Below, one piece after another: positions 32,371 to 40,944 of a stretch of DNA of 64,000 nt (positions are counted from its first letter, which is position 1; every line of letters starts with the position of its first letter). The stretch spans positions 320,001-384,000 of the forward strand of contig CAXXXF010000014.1 of the NCBI GenBank assembly GCA_963667175.2, in the 5' to 3' direction. The notes under the pieces were generated by a model, which did no database searches, was not told the DNA's origin, and saw only the letters and a program-made list of their open reading frames with translations. Both the position numbers and the translations under genes were made by a program. Origin of the DNA: Candidatus Latescibacterota bacterium. Its GTDB lineage: Bacteria > Latescibacterota > UBA2968 > GCA-2709665.

Positions 32371-34484
32371 AGCCCGACCTGGATGGCGCTGTACAGGCCG
32401 AACGGCGGCGCGGGGATCACCGACATCGCGCCGAAGCCTCGTGTCTCGTACTCGCGGTCGGTCAGGTTCCTGGCATTGATCCTGATCGTCGCCTGTTTGT
32501 ACGTGTACGATGCCGAAGCGTCGAGCGTCAGCACGCCGCCGATGCTGAACCGATTGTCCTCGGCGATGAACTGGCTGGCCACGTACCTGGCGCCCAGGCC
32601 CAGCTCGACGCCGCTGTCGAAGCCCAGCGCGCTCCAGACATTCAAGATATGCCTCGGCGAGAAGGCCGGTCTGTTGCCGGACCGGTCCAGGTGACGGAAC
32701 TGCATCCCGGTGGGCGTGGGTACGGCCAGCATTTGCGTAAAGCGCGTCAGTTCCGCATTGGAAAACGCATACGTCAGAAAGACGTGGCACCCGCCGCCCG
32801 GACGCGCCATCATTTCCAGTTCCAGGCCCCGGGACCGCTGGTCGCCGTCCTGTTTCGTCACACCGGTCTCATCGGGAATGCCGATGCCGTACTTCCGCAG
32901 ATCGAAGACGGCCACTGACGCGTGCAGGCGGTTGTCCACCAGGTACTTTTTCGCGCCCGCCTCGAATTGCGTGGCCGATTCGACGTCCCGCGGCCCCGCG
33001 ATGAGGCTGGACGGCGGCGCAAAGGCCCTGCCCGCGCTGGCATAGAAAGTCAGATCCTCCGCAGGATTCAACGCCACACCCGCCATCGGACTCAACTCGT
33101 TGAACGCTCTCGACGTGGACGTGACCGGGTCGTCGTACCGTATCCGATCGAAGCGACCGCCCACGAACGCCTGGAAAACATCCGAAAACACAATGCGGTC
33201 GACGACAAAGGGCGCAACGACGCCGCTGGTGGCATCAGCCGACCGCGACTGGTCCGGCACCTTGAAATAAGGGAGCGCGGCCGTCTCAACCGGTTCGAAC
33301 AGATCGATATTCGGCAGGACCGCCACGTCGAGCGTAAACCTGTCCTGCCACCGCATCAGTTCCAGACCCGCCAGCAGTGTGTGCCTCGCCTTTCCCGTGG
33401 AAAAGGAAAACACGAGCTCGAACTGATTGCCCAGCGCCTTCTGCCTGTCGTCGAGGAGCAGCAACGTCCTGAACAGGTCCATGCTCCCTGCAGCATTGGG
33501 ATACACACCGTTGAACAGCGTGCCGTTGGAGATCCAGGAGAAATCCGTGTAATACAGTTTATTGCGCAGCGTGACCTGCGGCGACAACCGGGTCTGCAGA
33601 TCCATCCGTACCCTGAGGATCTCCTGGTCTGAAACGTCGAACGGAGACTGGTAGGACCGGGTGCGGGGCACATCGGCCAGTTGCCCGCCAGCCACGGGCA
33701 GCCCCGAATCCGACTTGTATTCGCTTGTCACGTATTCAAGATTCGCCGTCGCCGTCGTCTTTTCATTTCGCAAGGTGACGGCGGGGTTCAGCGCCCAGAT
33801 CCCACTGTGCTTATCGTCACGGTAGTTGTCCGAGACCTGCCGGAGGCCGTTGAAACGCGCGGCCACCCCCTGCGCGGGATCCGCCCAGCCCGCATCGACG
33901 CTTCCGCGCAGACTCCCAAACGGCCCGTAAGCGGCCCTGGCCTGGAACATGGGCTCGAAGACGGGCTGCTTCCGGTTCAGATTGACCGATCCGGACAACG
34001 GATTGGCGCCATATAGAAACGCGCCCGGCCCCTTCAGCACCTCCACCCGGTCCAGGTTGTAGAGGTTGTAGAACGTGGCCTCCGGCTCGGACGCGCCGTC
34101 CGTCAGCACCAGCCCGCTCGACAGCGAGTCGAATCCGCGAATCACGAAGAAATCCGTCACGCCGAATACCGTCTGTACGTTTACGCCGCTCACGTTACGA
34201 AGCGCGTCGCCGAGGACCACGCCGCTCTGGTGGTCGATCAGGCCCCGATTGACCACGCTGACGCTCGCGGGCGTCTCGCTCAGCGGAACCGGAATCTTGC
34301 TGGCGACGGAACCGATCGTGGCCACCTTTTCCTTGCTCTCGGTCACCACGATCTCTTCACCGGCATAAACCGGAAGGTCGTCCCCGGCGTCCTCGTCGGC
34401 CTTGTCGTCCGCGGCAAACGAGGCGTTTACCAGCAGACCCAGAAGAACGGCAGCCACCAAACCCGTTCGGCATAGAAACGACAT
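32367..34484 (-). CDS. TonB-dependent outer-membrane receptor
   Basis: Signal peptide, EEIVVT, ETPASVSVV, DRVEVLKGPGAFLYG, GSVNL, NLTDREY. Confidence 0.93.
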   Translation of the reverse strand: MSFLCRTGLVAAVLLGLLVNASFAADDKADEDAGDDLPVYAGEEIVVTESKEKVATIGSVASKIPVPLSETPASVSVVNRGLIDHQSGVVLGDALRNVSGVNVQTVFGVTDFFVIRGFDSLSSGLVLTDGASEPEATFYNLYNLDRVEVLKGPGAFLYGANPLSGSVNLNRKQPVFEPMFQARAAYGPFGSLRGSVDAGWADPAQGVAARFNGLRQVSDNYRDDKHSGIWALNPAVTLRNEKTTATANLEYVTSEYKSDSGLPVAGGQLADVPRTRSYQSPFDVSDQEILRVRMDLQTRLSPQVTLRNKLYYTDFSWISNGTLFNGVYPNAAGSMDLFRTLLLLDDRQKALGNQFELVFSFSTGKARHTLLAGLELMRWQDRFTLDVAVLPNIDLFEPVETAALPYFKVPDQSRSADATSGVVAPFVVDRIVFSDVFQAFVGGRFDRIRYDDPVTSTSRAFNELSPMAGVALNPAEDLTFYASAGRAFAPPSSLIAGPRDVESATQFEAGAKKYLVDNRLHASVAVFDLRKYGIGIPDETGVTKQDGDQRSRGLELEMMARPGGGCHVFLTYAFSNAELTRFTQMLAVPTPTGMQFRHLDRSGNRPAFSPRHILNVWSALGFDSGVELGLGARYVASQFIAEDNRFSIGGVLTLDASASYTYKQATIRINARNLTDREYETRGFGAMSVIPAPPFGLYSAIQVGL

Positions 34485-34508
34485 TTGATTTCCTTTCCAC
34501 GGATCCAA

Positions 34509-35726
34509 CTATCTGCCCTGCCTGAGATCCAGACAGACGATCTTACGCATGTCCCTGACGAACACGCGGCCGTTGGCCAGCGTCGGCATCGTCCAGCTTC
34601 GGCCCGTAAGCACCTGGGCGCCGGCCTTCTCCTTGAATCCTTCGGGCGTTGCCCGCGCCATCGCCAGCCTTCCGTTGTCGCTCAACAGGATGAGGTGCCC
34701 GTCCGCGTATATCAACGCCCCCTTGCCGTACCCGCGGTGTTTCCATTGCTCTTTTCCCGTCAGGGCTTCGATACACTTCAAGATGGCGTTATCGAATCCG
34801 TAGATATAGTCCCCGACCAGCACGGACGTGCCGAAATGGTTCTTCATCCGCCGGCTTTCCCAGACTCTGGTCACCGTCATCCCGTCAGCGCCTCCCTCGA
34901 TTCGCAGCAGGGTTGCGCCGTGGTCATAGCCCGAGGAAATGAAGATCTGATTCGGCGGCACGAAGATGGGCGTTGCGATATTCAGATCGTACGACGTCTT
35001 CCACGGGTACCTCCAGTACAGGGACCCATCCACCGGCGAAAGGCCGACCGCGGCGTCACCCGAAAAATAGACCACCTGCCGCGCGCTGGCGAGATCCACC
35101 GCGATTGGCGATGAATACGAAGCCACGTCGTTCTGGGAAGCCCAGACGACTTCGCCGTCCGTCCTGCGCAATGCCAGAAACGTGCCCTTGCGGGTGGCCG
35201 CCTCCAGGAATAACCGGTCGCCTTCCACCAGAGCCGAATTCGAAAAGCCGAACCGGGGAAACCGCCCGCCCAGCCCGTCGACCAGGTCCACGGACCAGAT
35301 CATCTTGCCGTTCACCACGTTCAGCGCGTACAACCCGCCCTCCGCGCCCAGGACGTAGACCCGATCGCCGTCGACCGTCGGCTGCGATCGGGGTCCGTCG
35401 CCACCCTGCCATTCCTCGAACTTCGCACCTGTCCTGAACCGCCAGATTTCTTCGCCGGATTCTTCACGCAGACAGATGACGAACTCATCGTCACCCTCGG
35501 CGAACATGGTGAAGACGCGGCCGTTCGCGACCGAAATGCCCGAAAACCCCTCGCCGAGGTTCTTCTTCCACGCAACCGCCGGACCGCCCTTCGGCCATTC
35601 CTTAAGGAATCCGGTCTCGGTCGAGATTCCCGTTCGATCAGGACCCAACCATTGGGGCCAATCCGCTCGAACAGATTGGACGTTGAGCAACAGAAAGACA
35701 ACGGTCAAAACCGATATTTCACGCAT
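34509..35726 (-). CDS. Secreted PQQ-binding-like (BamB-like) beta-propeller protein
   Basis: Signal peptide, DWPQWLGP.R.G, GPRSQPTV, SYSSP, WTMPTLANG. Confidence 0.9.
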   Translation of the reverse strand: MREISVLTVVFLLLNVQSVRADWPQWLGPDRTGISTETGFLKEWPKGGPAVAWKKNLGEGFSGISVANGRVFTMFAEGDDEFVICLREESGEEIWRFRTGAKFEEWQGGDGPRSQPTVDGDRVYVLGAEGGLYALNVVNGKMIWSVDLVDGLGGRFPRFGFSNSALVEGDRLFLEAATRKGTFLALRRTDGEVVWASQNDVASYSSPIAVDLASARQVVYFSGDAAVGLSPVDGSLYWRYPWKTSYDLNIATPIFVPPNQIFISSGYDHGATLLRIEGGADGMTVTRVWESRRMKNHFGTSVLVGDYIYGFDNAILKCIEALTGKEQWKHRGYGKGALIYADGHLILLSDNGRLAMARATPEGFKEKAGAQVLTGRSWTMPTLANGRVFVRDMRKIVCLDLRQGR

Positions 35727-35768
35727 CTTGCGCTAATCCTTTCTGAACAGTCCGGACGACCAGTATTC

Positions 35769-35796
35769 GTAGGGGCGACCGGCCGGTCGCCCCTAC
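35769..35796. repeat. GTAG-type REP palindrome
   Basis: Perfect 28-bp palindrome gtaggggcgaccggccggtcgcccctac between two co-directional genes. Confidence 0.8.
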
Positions 35797-35820
35797 ATCG
35801 GACGCCGGCTTGGGAGGGCT

Positions 35821-37167
35821 TCACGTGTACCTCGAATCCCGATAGACCTCGTGATAGAACTCCGGCAACAACTGATCGACGCGCAATAGTCCATCACGGC
35901 TCAGAGTAATACGCTGCGCGTCGAAATCCAGCATGCCGAAATCTCTCAGCTTCCGGTAGGCTTCGCCAAATCGTTCCAGGATATTCACGCCGAATTTATC
36001 CTGAAAATACGCTGTCTCGAGCCGTCCGAGCTTGAGTTGCAGGATCATTTCGCGTACCAGGCGCTCCCCGTCGGTGGGCAGGAAGGACCTGTTCAGCGGC
36101 AGGCGCCCCTGCATACATGCGTCTACATAGGGGTCCCACTGCGTGTGATTCTGAAAGTGTATCCCGCCCACGTGCGAAAACGACGCGACGCCCGCGCCGA
36201 TCAGGTCCGCGCTCCGCCAGAGCGCGTCCCGATAGACAAACCGCTTCGGTCGACCCTTCCTGACCATCGTATAGGCGCTCGAGATCTCGTATCCGGCCTC
36301 GGCGAACGCGTCGATCGCATGGGCATGCCAGTCGCGCTTCGTGTCCCAGTCGGCAACCGTCAATCCGTTTCCATCCAGAAGCGTCCGGGAGTACGTCGTA
36401 TTGAACGGCAGCTCCATCTGATAGATCGTGACACTGTCCGGGTCCAGGTCGATCGTGCCCTGCACCGTCTCCTTCCAGGTCCGCCAGGTTTCGCCCACCA
36501 TTCCCGAAATCAGGTCCACGTTCACCTGTTCGAACGCCTGCGCCTTCACCCAGTCCATGGACCGGTAGATCTCTTTGCCGACGTGCGCCCGGCCGTTCTC
36601 CTTCAGGATCCCGTCGTTCAGATTCTCCAGCCCCAGGCTCAGGCGGGTCACGCCAATCTCGCGAATGGCCTCCACCTTCGGCTGCGAAAGCGTGCCCGGC
36701 TCACACTCGAACGCCACCTCTTCGGCGTCGTCCCACGGCAACACGGCCTTCAGCCGGTCCACCAGCGCCTCCAGGTGCTTCACGCTGATGTACGACGGCG
36801 TTCCCCCTCCGAAATAGACGAACTGCAGACTGCGACCGGCGATTCTCGGCATCCCGGCGTAATTTTCCACCTCTCGGGCCAGCGCATCCAGATAGAGCTG
36901 AATTTCGGAACTGTTGCGGTCCGTATACACGCGAAAATAGCAGAACTTGCATCGCTTCCTGCAAAACGGGATATGCAGATACAGTCCGAGCGGCACATCC
37001 CCGGCCGAAGGATCCGAAACCTGGAACATCGCTTCGACCTGCGGGTTGTGCTCGTCCCGCCAGAACGAATACGGCGGATAGTTGGACACGAAGACGCTGC
37101 CGACCGCGGTTTCCTTCCATTCCTTCCTGGAGGTCGCGGGTTCCGGAACGTGAACCTGGTTGCTCAT
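35821..37167 (-). CDS. HemN-like (class C-type) radical SAM enzyme
   Basis: LYLHIPFCRKRCKFCYF (CxxxCxxC), YFGGGTPS, RLSLG, NVDLI; lacks the HemW HNxxYW motif. Confidence 0.88.
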   Translation of the reverse strand: MSNQVHVPEPATSRKEWKETAVGSVFVSNYPPYSFWRDEHNPQVEAMFQVSDPSAGDVPLGLYLHIPFCRKRCKFCYFRVYTDRNSSEIQLYLDALAREVENYAGMPRIAGRSLQFVYFGGGTPSYISVKHLEALVDRLKAVLPWDDAEEVAFECEPGTLSQPKVEAIREIGVTRLSLGLENLNDGILKENGRAHVGKEIYRSMDWVKAQAFEQVNVDLISGMVGETWRTWKETVQGTIDLDPDSVTIYQMELPFNTTYSRTLLDGNGLTVADWDTKRDWHAHAIDAFAEAGYEISSAYTMVRKGRPKRFVYRDALWRSADLIGAGVASFSHVGGIHFQNHTQWDPYVDACMQGRLPLNRSFLPTDGERLVREMILQLKLGRLETAYFQDKFGVNILERFGEAYRKLRDFGMLDFDAQRITLSRDGLLRVDQLLPEFYHEVYRDSRYT

Positions 37168-38321
37168 TCTCCCGCCTCATTGCCAAAACAGTACAACGTC
37201 CCGTCTGTGGCGCCGATCACGAGCCTCCCGCCGGCCACGCTCGGCGACGCCAGGACTCCCGAACCGGTCACGAATTCCCAGCCCGGTTCGCCCGAGTCCA
37301 GATCCAGCGCAACGATCCTCCCGCCGGTCGTGCCCACGAACGCGCGTTTGCCCGCGATAACCGGCGAGGAATCGACTCGGGAACGGAACGCGCGAATCCA
37401 CAACACGTCGCCGTTGTCCGGACGCAGCGCGCGCACCATCCTGTCGCGCCCGGCGACAATCACGTGACCTTGCGCAACCGCCGGCGACGCGTAGTAGGGA
37501 AACTTCCGGGTGGGGTGTTCGTACCGCCACAGCACCTTCGCCGCCCGCAGATCCATGCCCAGGACCTGGTTGCCGAATGTTCCCGCAAAGGCCCGACCAT
37601 TGCGCACGGCAACGCTCGCCGCCACGTAGTCGTACAGTTCCACCCTCGATACTTCCTCTCCGCCGGCCGCGTTCACCATCCGCAGCAGACCGTCGCATCC
37701 GGCGACAAGCGCGCGTTCGCCCCAGATGGCCGGGGTTCCGTGAACGTATCCCTCCGTCTCCAGCTTCCAGACCAGCGACCCGTCCTCCGCATCGAGACAG
37801 TACAGGAACTGATCGTAGGACCCGAAGATCACCCGGCCTTCGTACACGGTGGCGGAAGAGATGATCTCTCCCCCGGTCCGATAGGTCCACAATCCCTTGC
37901 CAGACGTCGCATCCACGGCGTGAAAGCCGCCGTCTCCGTCTCCGAAGAAAACCGCATTTGCCGCCACCAGCGGGGAGGCCTTGATTTCTCCCCCGGCCGG
38001 GTATTTCCATTTCAACGCGCCGGTGTCGAAATCGAAGGCATAGAGATTGCCGTCCAGCCCGCCGACGAAAACGGCGCCCTTCCGGATCGCCGCCGTGGAC
38101 TCGATGCCCTCGGATACGCGGGCAGTCCACGCGACAACCGGACTGTCGGGCAGGGATTCCCGGGCGAGCCCCGTGGATTGAGCGTCGCCCCGGAACCGCG
38201 GCCAGGACGTCTCGGCGGTGACGCGGACGGGTACCGGTACGTACAAGACGCACAATAAGAGAAAAACGTTCCATCCGCGACCCACGTTTCGCCGCGCCCG
38301 AAATTCAATACGTCTCTTCAT
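37164..38321 (-). CDS. Secreted PQQ-binding-like (BamB-like) beta-propeller protein
   Basis: WPRFRGD, regular SP..V..G..DG..YA.D..TG...W blades; start uncertain. Confidence 0.88.
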   Translation of the reverse strand: MKRRIEFRARRNVGRGWNVFLLLCVLYVPVPVRVTAETSWPRFRGDAQSTGLARESLPDSPVVAWTARVSEGIESTAAIRKGAVFVGGLDGNLYAFDFDTGALKWKYPAGGEIKASPLVAANAVFFGDGDGGFHAVDATSGKGLWTYRTGGEIISSATVYEGRVIFGSYDQFLYCLDAEDGSLVWKLETEGYVHGTPAIWGERALVAGCDGLLRMVNAAGGEEVSRVELYDYVAASVAVRNGRAFAGTFGNQVLGMDLRAAKVLWRYEHPTRKFPYYASPAVAQGHVIVAGRDRMVRALRPDNGDVLWIRAFRSRVDSSPVIAGKRAFVGTTGGRIVALDLDSGEPGWEFVTGSGVLASPSVAGGRLVIGATDGTLYCFGNEAGE

Positions 38322-39420
38322 ATAGCGCCAGATAATCGGTTTCCCGGACCGGCCGTGGGTTGAACGTTCCCGTCCACTGGCGCGCCGCGGCGGACGCCAA
38401 TTCGGGGAGCCGCTCCCGTTCAACGCGCAGTTCACGAAGACGCGCCGGCAATTCCGCCGCGCGTGCGAATCGCTCGATCCGATGGGCGAGCGCGCCGGCC
38501 GGCATCCCGAACCCTTCGAAGCGCGCCGCGTCCGTTTCCCCGTTGAACCGGATCACCGGCGGAAGCATCACACCGACCGCAACGCCGTGTGTAATTCCGT
38601 ATCGGGCCGTCAGCGGGTTTGCGCACGCGTGGGCGGCGCCGAGCATCGCGTTCTCGATCGCCGCTCCCGCGAAATGCGCGCCCAGAAGCATCGCAGCCCT
38701 GGCGCCCGGATCCGCCGCCGGTTCGAGAGACCCTTCGAAGCCCGACGAGAGCAGCCGCCACGCCTCGCGCGCGTACATGCGCGACACCGCGTTCCGCTTT
38801 GTACAGACGTAACTTTCCACGGCGTGCGCGACGGCGTCTATGCCCGACGCGGCCGCAACGTGCCCTGGGACGCTTGCCGTGAGTGCGGGATCCAGAATGA
38901 CGCCTCGAAACCGCGCCCCGAGGTCGCCGCAGGCCATCTTCTCGTGAGTGTCCCGCGTGGCAATCAGCGCATAGGACTGGGCCTCGCTTCCCGTCCCCGC
39001 GGTGGTCGGAATGCCGATCGACGGAAGCATCGGGCGCTTTGCCCCGCCCATCCCGCGGTAGTCCTCGATGCGCCCGCCGTTGGTGAGAATGAAATTGATC
39101 CCTTTGGCGCAGTCCATCGCGCTCCCGCCGCCAATCCCCACGATCAGATCGGTCCCGCCGCGCGCCCCGGCGAACGCCACCCCTGCGTCCACGTGGGCCG
39201 TTGTCGGGTTCTCCTCCACGTCGTCGAACAGAAAGACGTCGCGCCCCGATCCGCGCAGCAAGTCCAACGCCCTGTCCGCGATGCCCGCGCTGACGATCCC
39301 CGGATCGCTCACGAGCAGAGTTCGTCGTCCGCCCAGTCCATTCGCCAGTTCCGGGAGCTGCGCCAGCGCGCCCTCTCCGAAGATCACACGCGGTGCGGGA
39401 TGGAGGTCGAAGGGTTCCAT
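38305..39420 (-). CDS. Iron-containing alcohol dehydrogenase
   Basis: GIGGGSAMDCAK, PTTAGTGSE, DAVAHAVES, HACANPL, HGVA. Confidence 0.94.
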   Translation of the reverse strand: MEPFDLHPAPRVIFGEGALAQLPELANGLGGRRTLLVSDPGIVSAGIADRALDLLRGSGRDVFLFDDVEENPTTAHVDAGVAFAGARGGTDLIVGIGGGSAMDCAKGINFILTNGGRIEDYRGMGGAKRPMLPSIGIPTTAGTGSEAQSYALIATRDTHEKMACGDLGARFRGVILDPALTASVPGHVAAASGIDAVAHAVESYVCTKRNAVSRMYAREAWRLLSSGFEGSLEPAADPGARAAMLLGAHFAGAAIENAMLGAAHACANPLTARYGITHGVAVGVMLPPVIRFNGETDAARFEGFGMPAGALAHRIERFARAAELPARLRELRVERERLPELASAAARQWTGTFNPRPVRETDYLALYEETY

Positions 39421-39430
39421 TCGAGGATAC

Positions 39431-40894
39431 CTACGCACTCCTTGCGAACTGAAAGGCGCGCTGACGGTAGAGATGCTCGAATAGATTGCCTTCGTGAGGC
39501 TGGTCCCACGAAATCCGGTTCGTGGGAATCGGCCCCGCGTTCAGCCGATCCACGTGCGGTGAATTCAGCAACTCGCCGACGAGGTCTTCATCCTCCGTCA
39601 ACACCGTGACCACGAGGCTGGGCCCGATCCGGTCCGGCAATCCGACCCGGGGCGCTTCAACCACGCTCGAATACGGAAAGAGGTATTCCGTATTCGCCAG
39701 GGGGTGTTCAGGAGATTCACACCAGACCAGCGTCGGATTCAGGAACGTCAGGCCGTCCAGTTCGGCAAGCCGGTCGCCGCGCAGGCCCCCGGTCAGATCC
39801 TCCGCGCCACCGCTTTTCAGATGGACATCGATAACGTTTGAAATTTGGGCGGCAATCGCCGGATTGGAAAAGGCGGCAATCCGAGCTTGCGGGTCGTGCA
39901 GCGGCCTGGGCTCGATTCGCGCGAGCCGGCGCGCGATCGCTTCGGCAATCTCGCGGCCGTACGCAGGCGTCCAAACACCCGACGCGTTGATACAGGAACG
40001 TCCGCCGTTGGCCGCGATCGAAACCAGGATCACATCCAGATAATCCTCCCATCGGTGAACCAGGTCTTCGCCCAGAATCACCTTGCTGCGGCCCGGACCG
40101 TGGATCGAAACCCGCGGATCCCTCTGCCACGGTTCGACCGTAGCGCCGCCCCCGAACAAAAGGGAGCGCCCGCATCGCAGAAGGATTTCGTTGGCGCCAG
40201 CGTGCCCGGTCGGATAGATCCCGAACGCCTCGCGCGGACATCCCGCGGCAATAAACGCCTGTGCAATCCGAAAGGGCGTCCACGGGTCCTCACGGCCGGG
40301 CTTCAGTACCAGGGGCGCCTTCAGCGACGGCGACGGAATCCAGAGCGAATGCACGCCGGGCGAATTGCTCGGCAACACGGCGCCAAGGGCGTCGGTCTCG
40401 CAGACATAGCTCAGCGGCCGGCCGTTTTGCGGACCCCACCCCCGGTCAAGCACGGACAGATCCAGCTGGCGCGTCAGACCGGCGAGTACGTCGTCGATCT
40501 GTGAACAAGCCAACCGGATCTTTTCCATATTCTCCCGGCAGAGGGTCTCGGGAATCCCCGTGGTACCCGATACCTGGCGGACGTAGTCTCCGGGCGATTG
40601 CGACTCGTTGTGTAGCGGCAGGTCCGCCTCCGCGAACAGTCGGCCGGCCCGGCGCGTCACGGCTGCAAGATCGGAGACGCTGAACGCCTCGAGTGCCCGT
40701 CTATTTCCTTCCGCGGCGTTCAGATCCCTCGCGATCAGACCCGGATTCGCGTGGCTCACGCGGACGAGGGGTTCCCCGGTCTGAACGTGCGGGACTTCCT
40801 GGACGTCCAGACTTGCGTATGGCTCTCCCGCTCGCAGAACCGGGATATGGGTCACGCCATCCTCCTGGTTCGTCAGTTCAGCCTGTGCCGTCAT
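39431..40894 (-). CDS. Aldehyde dehydrogenase-fold acyl reductase (EhpG/LuxC-like)
   Basis: LPSNSPGVH, LKPG, FGG, HGPGRSK in place of ELGG, catalytic Cys in GGRSCINAS, EYLFP. Confidence 0.75.
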   Translation of the reverse strand: MTAQAELTNQEDGVTHIPVLRAGEPYASLDVQEVPHVQTGEPLVRVSHANPGLIARDLNAAEGNRRALEAFSVSDLAAVTRRAGRLFAEADLPLHNESQSPGDYVRQVSGTTGIPETLCRENMEKIRLACSQIDDVLAGLTRQLDLSVLDRGWGPQNGRPLSYVCETDALGAVLPSNSPGVHSLWIPSPSLKAPLVLKPGREDPWTPFRIAQAFIAAGCPREAFGIYPTGHAGANEILLRCGRSLLFGGGATVEPWQRDPRVSIHGPGRSKVILGEDLVHRWEDYLDVILVSIAANGGRSCINASGVWTPAYGREIAEAIARRLARIEPRPLHDPQARIAAFSNPAIAAQISNVIDVHLKSGGAEDLTGGLRGDRLAELDGLTFLNPTLVWCESPEHPLANTEYLFPYSSVVEAPRVGLPDRIGPSLVVTVLTEDEDLVGELLNSPHVDRLNAGPIPTNRISWDQPHEGNLFEHLYRQRAFQFARSA

Positions 40895-40944
40895 CCGCTC
40901 CCTGAGCTTGCGGTCCCTGAGTCTGCCGAAGGGTAGGCCACGGG

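Noticed and set aside
35821-37167. Gene symbol hemN or hemW
   Set aside because: Non-haem context and missing HemW motif; only family-level similarity is supportable
21742-38321. PQQ-dependent dehydrogenases
   Set aside because: The proteins are about 380-430 aa repeat-only propellers, lack the vicinal Cys-Cys of quinoprotein alcohol dehydrogenases, and no pqq genes are present
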